Below, piece by piece: positions 15,242 through 24,000 of a DNA stretch of 47,606 nt. Both the position numbers and the translations under genes were made by a program. Position 1 is the stretch's first letter, and every line of letters begins with the position of its first letter. The notes under the pieces are model-generated. The model saw only the letters and a program-made list of their open reading frames with translations, was not told where the DNA came from and did not search any database. Origin of the DNA: a virus; IMG/VR virus record IMGVR_UViG_3300045988_152054. The stretch is one strand, 5' to 3'.

Positions 15242-15442
15242 ATGATAAGTTATGATCCATTATGGAAACTACTAATAGATAAAAAAATTACCAAAACAGA
15301 ATTGAGGGAAAAAGTAGGCTTTAGTACAAATACTTTGTCAAAACTTTCTAAGAATGAATCTGTGACATTAAGTATATTAGAAAAGATTTGTTTATGTCTA
15401 AATTGTAAAATAGAAGATGTAGTAGAAATAAAAAAAGAGTAG
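15242..15442 (+). CDS. Small XRE/Cro-type HTH transcriptional regulator
   Basis: ITKTELREKVGFSTNTLSKLSKNESV. ATG at 15242 lies 8 nt after GGGGG. Confidence 0.65.
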   Translation: MISYDPLWKLLIDKKITKTELREKVGFSTNTLSKLSKNESVTLSILEKICLCLNCKIEDVVEIKKE

Positions 15443-15448
15443 GTTATC

Positions 15449-16012
15449 CTACTCTTTTATTTGTTCTATTAAATCACTTAAATCAAGTTTACATTCTCTT
15501 ATATCTAATATATTATCATTTTTACATTTTTTATTACTTACACATAAAATTGAAGGCTCAAAAGGAAAATATTCTTTATATACCTTTTTATAATGTAAGT
15601 CTAAATATTTATTTAAATTTAATTTTTTAGTTCTTTCAACTTCACAATAATATATTTTTATTTCTTCATTAATTCTCAATACTAATAACAAATCAACTAT
15701 AACTTTATCAATTTTAAAAGGGCATCTATATTTTAATATTTCTATATTATTTTTCATAAGTTCAGCTATAATTTGTGAACATACTATTTTATGTTTCCAT
15801 TGAACTGGTTTTCTTCCAGTATAGAAAATATTTTGCCCTGGTATACTTTCTCTAAAACACTTAACATAATTTATTGTGATTAATTTTTTCATTCGTGCTT
15901 GGCAACTTCTTAAACTTCCATTAAAAAATATAATTGATAAACTTTTAGTATCACAAATACCCATTTCATCAATAAATTCTTTGATTTTTTGATCTCTATT
16001 TGTAATTATCAT
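15449..16012 (-). CDS. Replication-relaxation (Replic_Relax) family protein
   Basis: N-terminal winged-helix-like ..RDQKIKEFIDEMGICDTKSLSIIFFNGSLRSCQARMKKL.. and later ..YYCEVER.. It is paired with an FtsK-like gene, as this family commonly is. Confidence 0.55.
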   Translation of the reverse strand: MIITNRDQKIKEFIDEMGICDTKSLSIIFFNGSLRSCQARMKKLITINYVKCFRESIPGQNIFYTGRKPVQWKHKIVCSQIIAELMKNNIEILKYRCPFKIDKVIVDLLLVLRINEEIKIYYCEVERTKKLNLNKYLDLHYKKVYKEYFPFEPSILCVSNKKCKNDNILDIRECKLDLSDLIEQIKE

Positions 16013-16020
16013 ACTATCAC

Positions 16021-17238
16021 CTACAATTTATCTAAAAATGATAAGTCACTTAATTTTTTGACCTTCTCATTCGCTCCAGTAACGTTTTTATTTCCTTCGT
16101 CTTGTAACTTATCCTTTAAGAAATTCAAGCTCTTAGAAGTGCCTTTATTTTGATATTTTAAGGTATAGTCCTTAACTTGATCATCTGTGATAAAATATCC
16201 TTGAAATTCTTCTATATTAGCACCATTTTTTATAAATCCATGCCCATTTCCTCTTAATTTTTCTGCTCCTTCTTCATCAAGTGCTACTACACTATTTTTT
16301 CTATCTTCACATTTTAAAACTATACGATTGTTTATGTTAGCTTTTACTATATTATCTATAACTGTATTATCTGGTCTTTGTGTAGTTAAAAAAACATAGC
16401 ATCCACTTGCTCTACTTATAGCAATTAATTGTTTTAATAATTTCATTGCACTTTTATTTTTATCTTCTAGTAGCATAACTATTTCTTCTATATACAATAC
16501 CTGATATTTAAGTTTCTTAACTCCTTTAAGCTTATTATATTCAAATATGTTAGTTACCTCATTTTCCATAAATAAATTATATCTTCTTCTAGTTTCTTCT
16601 AATAAATTGCTTATAACTTCAGTTGTATCTTCTACTGTATATACAAATTTTTTCGTGTGTTGTAAATTCCTAAATAAATTAAGCTCTACCATTTTTAAAT
16701 CACATAAATATAATTCAACTTCATTTGGGCTGTATAAATTAACTATGCTAGTGAGTATTACTTTCGTCATAACAGACTTACCACTTCCAGTTGTCCCAAC
16801 TACATAAGTATGAGGATTTTCTTTTAAATCTAATGTTATTGTCTTATTTGAAGATTTACCTATATTAAATTTAATATGTTTAGCAGTTCTATTTTGAATT
16901 TCATACTCTATAACTTTTGGTAATTTCTTTAACATCTCTATTCTAACCCAGCCACTAGATGCTTCCATTTTAACTCCATTGTTTAAATATAATTCTAGTG
17001 CATCTTTATGCTTTAAAAAATCATCAACGCTTAATCCAGCAGGAACAAATACAACAAATACAGTTTTATTATCTATAACAACCTCTGGATATTCACCTAA
17101 ACTATTTTTTATATTTACTGCCTTAAAAAATTCATCTAAACTTTTCTTTGGCTCTATCCATCCATCAAATACCCATGTAAAAAATATTTTTCCAGCATCC
17201 CAAAATAAATCAAATATAGGTTGAAGTGCATTACTCAT
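16021..17238 (-). CDS. FtsK/SpoIIIE-family DNA translocase ATPase
   Basis: Walker A is VVGTTGSGKSV. Walker-B-like QVLYIEEIVML. Also ..FLTTQRP... No clear N-terminal transmembrane helices. Confidence 0.8.
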   Translation of the reverse strand: MSNALQPIFDLFWDAGKIFFTWVFDGWIEPKKSLDEFFKAVNIKNSLGEYPEVVIDNKTVFVVFVPAGLSVDDFLKHKDALELYLNNGVKMEASSGWVRIEMLKKLPKVIEYEIQNRTAKHIKFNIGKSSNKTITLDLKENPHTYVVGTTGSGKSVMTKVILTSIVNLYSPNEVELYLCDLKMVELNLFRNLQHTKKFVYTVEDTTEVISNLLEETRRRYNLFMENEVTNIFEYNKLKGVKKLKYQVLYIEEIVMLLEDKNKSAMKLLKQLIAISRASGCYVFLTTQRPDNTVIDNIVKANINNRIVLKCEDRKNSVVALDEEGAEKLRGNGHGFIKNGANIEEFQGYFITDDQVKDYTLKYQNKGTSKSLNFLKDKLQDEGNKNVTGANEKVKKLSDLSFLDKL

Positions 17239-17483
17239 ATATATACCTCCTAAATATAGGTATTAAGGCAAATATATTCTTCGCATTAAAATAAGCCAAT
17301 CTTTGTATATAGAATCTTTTTTTAAATATTCCATATACGTCTCATACGAATATATATGCGAATACCCCTTTGACAATAATATATGCACATATACCAATAA
17401 TATTTCCTTATTTTGAGAAAATATTTTGCAACTTTTAAATATAGTTAGCATATATATAAGTAAATAAAAAAAATAAGGGGGAT

Positions 17484-17630
17484 ATGAAAATGAAAGAAAT
17501 GTTAGAAAAAACTAGCATGGAAATGTTAAAAGAATACTTCTATGATGCAAGAGGATATTATCCAGAAGATGATTTTTTTACAAAGGAAGAACTTGTAAGC
17601 ATAATTCTGAAAGATATGGAGGGCAAATAA
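17484..17630 (+). CDS. Small acidic hypothetical protein (46-48 aa)
   Basis: RBS AAGGGGG with ATGs at 17484 and 17490. Its stop abuts the next ATG. Confidence 0.45.
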   Translation: MKMKEMLEKTSMEMLKEYFYDARGYYPEDDFFTKEELVSIILKDMEGK

Positions 17631-17837
17631 ATGAATGATTATAAAGTTAGTTGGACAGATAATGAAGGTTTAGAATTTTTTAGTGAATATTTAAAGAGAG
17701 AAGATGCTTTTATTTTATTTAATGAAATATGTGAAAATAAGGTTGATGAAGATCAAATAGAAGCGTGTTTATATGATCCAGATAATTTTCCAATAAAAAC
17801 TTATAATAATATAGAAAATAAGCTTTATGTAATGTAA
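17631..17837 (+). CDS. Small acidic hypothetical protein
   Basis: 68-aa ORF followed by a terminator. Confidence 0.55.
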   Translation: MNDYKVSWTDNEGLEFFSEYLKREDAFILFNEICENKVDEDQIEACLYDPDNFPIKTYNNIENKLYVM

Positions 17838-17843
17838 TTGCAA

Positions 17844-17875
17844 AGGCTAGGGATTAAATTTCCTAGTCTTTTTTG
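17844..17875 (+). terminator. Rho-independent terminator (plus strand)
   Basis: aggctaggga / ttcctagtct stem (two G-U pairs) followed by TTTTTT. Confidence 0.55.
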
Positions 17876-17971
17876 TCGAACGATTATTGTAATATTTTCT
17901 AAAACACAATTGCATTTTGGTTACCAAAGTTTTACTATATAAGTATAAATAAAAGAAAAGAGGTTAGTAAA

Positions 17972-18154
17972 TTGAACGAGATCAAAAGGAACATCATCAT
18001 AGGTAAAGTTGGTGGAAATGCCAATGAAAACTCGATTAATTATAAAGTGAGTTTACCAGCTAAAATGGTAAAAGAATTAGGTATAACAAAAGAAGATAGA
18101 AAGATTATTTTGACTTATGAGGATGACAAAATAATAATAAAAAAAGATAAATAA
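17972..18154 (+). CDS. AbrB/MazE/SpoVT-family DNA-binding domain protein
   Basis: VSLPAKMVKELGITKEDRKIILTYEDDKIIIKK closely parallels, as I recall it, the B. subtilis AbrB N-domain VVIPIELRRTLGIAEKDALEIYVDDEKIILKK. TTG start. Confidence 0.65.
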   Translation: MNEIKRNIIIGKVGGNANENSINYKVSLPAKMVKELGITKEDRKIILTYEDDKIIIKKDK

Positions 18155-18168
18155 AGGAGATGTTGAAT

Positions 18169-19101
18169 ATGATTAAAAAATTAATAAGTATTTTAACATC
18201 ATGTATATTAGCAGGAAGTTTAATGGTTGGATGTAGTGAGGATACTACAAAGAATTTAGATGAAAAAGGAAAACAAGCATTAGCCACAACGAAGAAAGAA
18301 GAACATGACTATAAAAAAGTAACTGAATTAACCCTTAGCAATGATTATGAGGATGAATATGTTGAAATAACAGGTACAGTTAAAGAATTCAAAACTGAAT
18401 ATAACACTATGATAATTACTTTAGATTTTGAAAAAGCAATATTACCAGTATATGTACACATCCCTAAAAACATGGTTGATGTTAAATTTGAGGTTGGTGA
18501 TACAATAATAGCATACGGAAGATGTTGCGGACTTAGAAAAAGATCAGATGAAAGATACTTCCAAATTAATGCTTATTTCTTAAGTAAGACTCCAATAATT
18601 AAAAAAGAACAATCAAATCAAAATAAAGAAAATAAAACTAATAGTAAATCAACAGATAATAATAAATTAGAGAACAATAATCAGTCAACAAATACAACTA
18701 AGAAAGTTCAACAAACTAAAAAGAAAACAGTAAATGAACAAAAACAACAAAAGGAAAAAACTAAACCATATGTAGATGAAAAAAATAACGTATATGTCGA
18801 TGAAGATGGTAATCGTCAACCATTAGTAAAACATGATCATATGACAGAAGAGTATGATAAACAACCCAAATGTCCAGAATGTGGTTATCCAGTAGATGAT
18901 TGTCACTGTAATGGTGATGGTAATACAGTTGACGAAGAAGATGATAATTATAACTGGGACTACTACGATGAGCCTATGGATGAGGATAGTTGGAATATTA
19001 ATAATGATAAACAACAGGAACAAGAAGAAACACAAACACAACAAGATAATAACCAATCACAACAATACAATAGCAAAGATGATGAAGAAATCCTTAATTA
19101 A
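18169..19101 (+). CDS. Lipoprotein with OB-like core, long polar low-complexity linker and Cys/His cluster (possible superinfection-exclusion protein)
   Basis: The signal peptide plus lipobox is MIKKLISILTSCILAGSLMVGC. Later motif CPECGYPVDDCHCNG. ATG at 18169 lies 10 nt after AGGAGA. Confidence 0.7.
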   Translation: MIKKLISILTSCILAGSLMVGCSEDTTKNLDEKGKQALATTKKEEHDYKKVTELTLSNDYEDEYVEITGTVKEFKTEYNTMIITLDFEKAILPVYVHIPKNMVDVKFEVGDTIIAYGRCCGLRKRSDERYFQINAYFLSKTPIIKKEQSNQNKENKTNSKSTDNNKLENNNQSTNTTKKVQQTKKKTVNEQKQQKEKTKPYVDEKNNVYVDEDGNRQPLVKHDHMTEEYDKQPKCPECGYPVDDCHCNGDGNTVDEEDDNYNWDYYDEPMDEDSWNINNDKQQEQEETQTQQDNNQSQQYNSKDDEEILN

Positions 19102-19108
19102 AAATAAA

Positions 19109-19137
19109 GCTGGTAAGGAAATTAATCCCTACCAGCC
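19109..19137. terminator. Bidirectional terminator between convergent lipoprotein and endolysin genes
   Basis: agctggtaagg / ccctaccagc stem flanked by A-run and T-run. Confidence 0.6.
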
Positions 19138-19143
19138 TTTTTA

Positions 19144-20022
19144 TTATACTTTCTTTATATATTTAGTTGATGCAGTTATGTATAAACCTGATTCTAAGCG
19201 ATACATAGGAGTATTTCCATTTTTAGCACCTACTGTATCTATTACTTGTAGATGTTGCCCCTTCTTAACTGTTGCAACTGGATCTGCATCCCAATCTGCT
19301 ACTTTTCTTATATTAAGTTTATCAAGTGTTATTATTTCAAATTTCTTTGTAGTTGCTTTAGTTTCTTCCTTCTTAGGTTCTGCTTTTTTCCCTTCTACAT
19401 AGTTTTTTACATCTTTTATGAAATGAGCAAACCCATCAGGAGAACATCCATATCCCCAAAATGCAGTGCCTGGACAAGTTTTAGCACTTCTTGAAGGATT
19501 ATATTTTCCTAAGTAAGTACCACCGGCAGCAAACCAACAGTGAGGTCTTATATGTGAAGTATTTACAGGGATATTAAATCTTTTACATAACTCTCCATAT
19601 AGATATATAACTGCCTTCTTTTGTGCGGATGTCATTTTGTCATGTCCTTTGTCAAAACAACCATATATTTCTATACAAATTGCACCTGTATTCCAACCTC
19701 TAATACCGATTGGAGTACTATTAAGGTTTCTACCAGTTGTTATTTTCCCATCTAAAAAAACATTAAAATGTTGTGCTATATAATGACCATGTCCATCACT
19801 ATAATGCCATTTGCTTTTTCCATAACTATCTAAAGATTGTGTTCTCCCAAAGTGTGGCTCTGAAAATACTTTTTTATCAGTTTTTTCCCATGTACTATAA
19901 TTTGGTAAATCCATATGGTGTACTTGTAATTTTGTTATTGTTCTACTCACCTTTTGTTTTGCTAACCATTCCTTTACATCTTTTTCATTTTCTAATAATG
20001 TAAAACCATTTTTAGTCTTCAT
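19144..20022 (-). CDS. Endolysin: N-acetylmuramoyl-L-alanine amidase (Amidase_2/PGRP) with C-terminal SH3b-like wall-binding domain
   Basis: ..VHHMD..GHYIAQHFNVFLDGKITTGR..NTGAICIEIYG..HIRPH..KTCPG. C-terminal ..LNIRKVADWDADPVATVKKGQHLQV... Confidence 0.85.
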   Translation of the reverse strand: MKTKNGFTLLENEKDVKEWLAKQKVSRTITKLQVHHMDLPNYSTWEKTDKKVFSEPHFGRTQSLDSYGKSKWHYSDGHGHYIAQHFNVFLDGKITTGRNLNSTPIGIRGWNTGAICIEIYGCFDKGHDKMTSAQKKAVIYLYGELCKRFNIPVNTSHIRPHCWFAAGGTYLGKYNPSRSAKTCPGTAFWGYGCSPDGFAHFIKDVKNYVEGKKAEPKKEETKATTKKFEIITLDKLNIRKVADWDADPVATVKKGQHLQVIDTVGAKNGNTPMYRLESGLYITASTKYIKKV

Positions 20023-20294
20023 TATTTATCACCTTCTTGGTTTTCAATTAAATTTTTAAAAGCTTGATGAAGTCCTACAGAACTTAAACCACTCAACATC
20101 CCTCCTAGTAATACATTTACATTAAAATAGCCTGCTATAAAGTAGTTTAAAACCACTCCTATGCAGGCCATGATTAATGGTATATATTTATTAGGTATAA
20201 AATCTAAACTTGTTTTTATTACATATCCAATACAACAACATACTAATATTACTGCAACTACTAAATAATTACTTATAACACTTAAATCTAACAT
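20022..20294 (-). CDS. Holin
   Basis: 90 aa with multiple hydrophobic helices and a charged C-terminus. It lies immediately upstream of the endolysin and overlaps it. Confidence 0.7.
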   Translation of the reverse strand: MLDLSVISNYLVVAVILVCCCIGYVIKTSLDFIPNKYIPLIMACIGVVLNYFIAGYFNVNVLLGGMLSGLSSVGLHQAFKNLIENQEGDK

Positions 20295-20528
20295 TTATCT
20301 CTCTCCTTTATTTTCTAATTCCTTTATTTTTTCTTCAACAACGCTCATTCTACTTATAAGATTATTATGCTTATCCACCCTATTACTCAGAATAGATATA
20401 TCTTCTTTTATATTCTTTATCTGTTCTTGTATTACTGCAGTTGTCTTGTTATTGCTAAAGTAAGAACCTGCGAGAGTTCCAACAAATGCTAATATTGCAA
20501 CAATTATTTCTGTATTCATAGACAACAC
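20295..20528 (-). CDS. xhlA: XhlA-like membrane protein (lysis-associated)
   Basis: N-terminal TM helix IIVAILAFVGTLAGSYF followed by a coiled coil. Position before the holin is as in PBSX-like cassettes. Confidence 0.55.
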   Translation of the reverse strand: MLSMNTEIIVAILAFVGTLAGSYFSNNKTTAVIQEQIKNIKEDISILSNRVDKHNNLISRMSVVEEKIKELENKGER

Positions 20529-20530
20529 CT

Positions 20531-20806
20531 CTATTCATGTTTAACTCTATCTTTTAACTCATCTAACTTTGCATCATTCCAAGTTGTTGTATCGCCCACC
20601 AAATAGCCAGTTATACGTCTTATACGTTTAAATGGAATTGGAACTACTTCATATTTCAAATCAACATAATCACCATCTAATTTTACAACCAGGCTTTTAA
20701 TTTGTTGCCCCGGATTTTTCTTTTGAACATAATCTATATATGCCTGTTTCTCTCTTTCATCTAATTCTACTGTACACCCTTCTTCATTCCAGCAATGAAA
20801 ATCCAT
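20531..20806 (-). CDS. Stand-alone NrdD C-terminal glycyl-radical-domain-like protein (91 aa)
   Basis: The C-terminus is ..FKRIRRITGYLVGDTTTWNDAKLDELKDRVKHE. It matches the RxxGYL glycyl-radical loop and the (F/W)NxxKxxExxxRVKH tail of class III RNR. RBS AGGGGTGA. Confidence 0.6.
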   Translation of the reverse strand: MDFHCWNEEGCTVELDEREKQAYIDYVQKKNPGQQIKSLVVKLDGDYVDLKYEVVPIPFKRIRRITGYLVGDTTTWNDAKLDELKDRVKHE

Positions 20807-20825
20807 AATATCACCCCTTTTTTGT

Positions 20826-20860
20826 ATTAAAAAAGGACCTAAAATTAATTAGATCCTTTA
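20826..20860 (-). terminator. Rho-independent terminator (minus strand)
   Basis: aaaggaccta (20832-20841) / tagatccttt (20850-20859). The single mispair is a G-U on the minus-strand RNA. A U-run follows. Confidence 0.55.
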
Positions 20861-20867
20861 ACTTTCC

Positions 20868-20966
20868 CTATATTGATTTATAAAGTACAATTATCCCTAT
20901 TATAGACAGAATACCTATTAATATGCCTATTAAACATAATACTAACGCTATATATAATAAAGCCAT
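20868..20966 (-). CDS. Small hydrophobic membrane peptide (32 aa)
   Basis: RBS AAGGAG. MALLYIALVLCLIGILIGILSIIGIIVLYKSI. Confidence 0.45.
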   Translation of the reverse strand: MALLYIALVLCLIGILIGILSIIGIIVLYKSI

Positions 20967-21074
20967 GCCAACACTCCTTTTTATTTAGAGTATTAACATG
21001 ACTTCATTTTTATAAACATATTTCTTACGCAATTGATTCAAATTGTGCAGTTCATAATATTTTTATATTGCGAA

Positions 21075-24000
21075 CTATTCTGTTATATTTCTAATAATTA
21101 AATTGTTATAAGTAGCATTACTTAAATTATGTCCTTGTTTTGCACCTATTTGAATGGACTTCAATTTAGCGAAATTACTCATATACGAAGCATACGCGCC
21201 AACTTTATTTCCGGCATATCCAGTAACTAAATCATCATTCACATATAGACCATTTTTATTTAATCTTATATTTAAATTAAAATCATTTAATGCTATTACA
21301 CTTCTTGCAAAAGCGCCTTTATCATCTGTAAAGTTAATTTGCAATTCTTTACTTGCTTGGTCATAATACATATGCATATTACATCCTGCCCAATTGGCTA
21401 TATCATTACCTGCACTAAATATTACTTCATTTACATTTTTACAAGTTGCTAAATCTATTTCACAATAAATTTCCTTACTATTCCCATCAAATTCACCATC
21501 GTATAAACTAATTCGAGAAGTTCCGTTTCCGTGAACAGGTGTAAAAGAAGAAGTTGCTGTTGCATTAGCAGTTATAACTATATTTCCAGTAACAGAATTA
21601 ATTGTTATTACTCCATTAGAGTATGATGTAGATGTTATATCTACTCCTCCCATAGTAACTGTTACATTTCCTAGTTTGTAATTAATATTTGCAGTTATAG
21701 TAGCTAAATAATTACCATTCTCTTTTATTGTAGTAGATACATTTGAATTTATACAGTTAGTTAAGTTATTAGTTATGGTATAGTTTTTAACAGTCCCAGG
21801 ATAATCGTATATAGTTGGTTTTGTAGCATCTATAAAACTTTGTTTAGTTTTTTGAGTTAATGTTGTTTTATCTCCTTTTACTACAGTTATTGATTTTTCT
21901 GATAAATTATCACCATTTGCTTTTATAATCATATTTCCCCTTACACCATTATGTTTTACAACACATAAAACTTTTCCGTTAAATGCTGATTTTATATTTA
22001 TTCTATATTTTTCAACACAAGTAGCATCACCATTATCTGTACCTACAATTGTTCCGCCTTCTACAGTAAAAGTAATTTTATTGTTTGCAGTTGGTACAAT
22101 TACTCCATTTTTATCTACTATATCACAAGTTATAAATACTAAATCATCTGAACCTATATTAACATTTGTTTTGTCAGTGGATAATTTGACTGTTGTTGGT
22201 GTACCTTGAGAAGTATATATTATATCTTGTGCTACAATATCGCCACTTTGATTATATCCATTAGCAACTAGAGTTCCTTTTGTATATGTGACAGAATATT
22301 CAAATTGATATTTATTACCTATCCCAGTTTGTAATTTTTCACCTAAACTTTTACCATTTAAAAATAATCCTACTTTATAACAATTTGAATATAACCAAAC
22401 TTTTATATTCCCATCTGTCCAATCCCAATGTGGCAAAATATGTACCATTGGATTGTTAGTCCATCTTGATTGATACATATACATTATATCCTTTGGAAAA
22501 CCGCAGGTATCATAGATTCCAAAATAACTAGATTTAGTAGGATATTTATTAAATGGTGTAGGTTCTCCTATATAGTCAAACCCAGTCCATACAAACATAC
22601 CTGCTAAATAATTAATATCTGTCATATGTTTTTTTAATTCTATGCTTGCATATTCACCCCAATTTACTTTGTCATCATCAAAACTAGAACATTGTTTATT
22701 AGTATTATCCCTAGCATAAACACCCCTAGATGATAAAGCTGAAGTTGTTTCAGAACCATAAATGGATTTGTTTGGTATGGCAGTTTTAACAGATGAATAT
22801 TCGGATGATGAGCCATAATTTACTCCGATAACATCTAATAATTGCATACAATCTTGGGATATTGAATTGGTTGGAGTATCATCACCCATTGTGACCATTC
22901 TTTCATTATCAATAGCTTTTATCCAATTAATCATATTTTGCACGAACCCTGTAGCCGTAGCAGAATCATAAGATGAAGATGTTCTTATAATTTCATTTCC
23001 TATTGACCACATAATTATAGATGGGTTATTTTTATCTCTATTTATTGTATTGTCAATAACTTCTTTTGCATGGCTGTTATAGTATCTAGCAAAATCATTT
23101 GATTTTTTAGCACAAGTCCAACAATCAAACATTTCTTCTATTGTTAATATTCCCTTTTCTGCACAAACATTTAAAAATTCAGAACTTCCTGGGTTATGAG
23201 TGATTCTAATTGCATTAACACCCATATCTATTAATAAATCAATTTGTCTTTCTATTGCTGATTTATTTACTTCAGCTCCCAAACATCCTAAATCATGATG
23301 CATACATACACCTCTTAATTTAAGATTTTTACCATTAAGCCAAAATCCAGTATCTTTATCAAATTTAAAATATCTATATCCATATTTAGTTTCAGAAGAA
23401 TGATAGATAACTTCTCCTTCTTTTACGTATGTTTTTAATGTATATAAATTTCCACTATATTCGTCCCATAAAGTTGGATTATTTATCTGTATAGTATCTG
23501 TAACTGAATTACTTCCTATAGATAAAGTTATTTCTTTTGTATTTGATTTTACTAAAGAATTATTAAAATATATTTCATTTACTAAATTTACAGTTTTGGC
23601 TGCAGTTGAGTTAATTTTTATATCTATTTTTGTATTTGCAATATTTGTTTTCACATCAGTTTCTAGTGTTGGAGTTGTTATTTTAATATCGTTTATTCCT
23701 ATTTCAACATCATTTGCAGATACTAAATAAGCATTTCTTATTATACCACTTCCACTATACCATCTTGAGCTAGGTTGTTGGTTTCTAACAAATACTGCTA
23801 ATGTATCATTGTTATCATATTGTAAATAATCAGTTATTTCTACATAGAATGGATTATACCATTTATTATCTTTCACTTTTGTTCCATTGATATATACATC
23901 ACTTTCCATATAAATTCCATCAAAATAAATATATACTTTTTGACCTTCTAATTTAGCAGTCTTTAATTTAAATCTATACCAAGCATCTCCACCATCCAAA

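Noticed and set aside
17263-17451. 62-aa minus-strand ORF in the gap between the FtsK operon and the divergent small genes
   Set aside because: It has no RBS and an implausible composition. It sits in what is most likely the divergent promoter region.
17972-18154. AbrB/MazE-fold protein as the antitoxin of a toxin-antitoxin pair
   Set aside because: The downstream gene is a secreted lipoprotein, not a MazF, PIN or Doc-type toxin, and no toxin-like ORF is adjacent.
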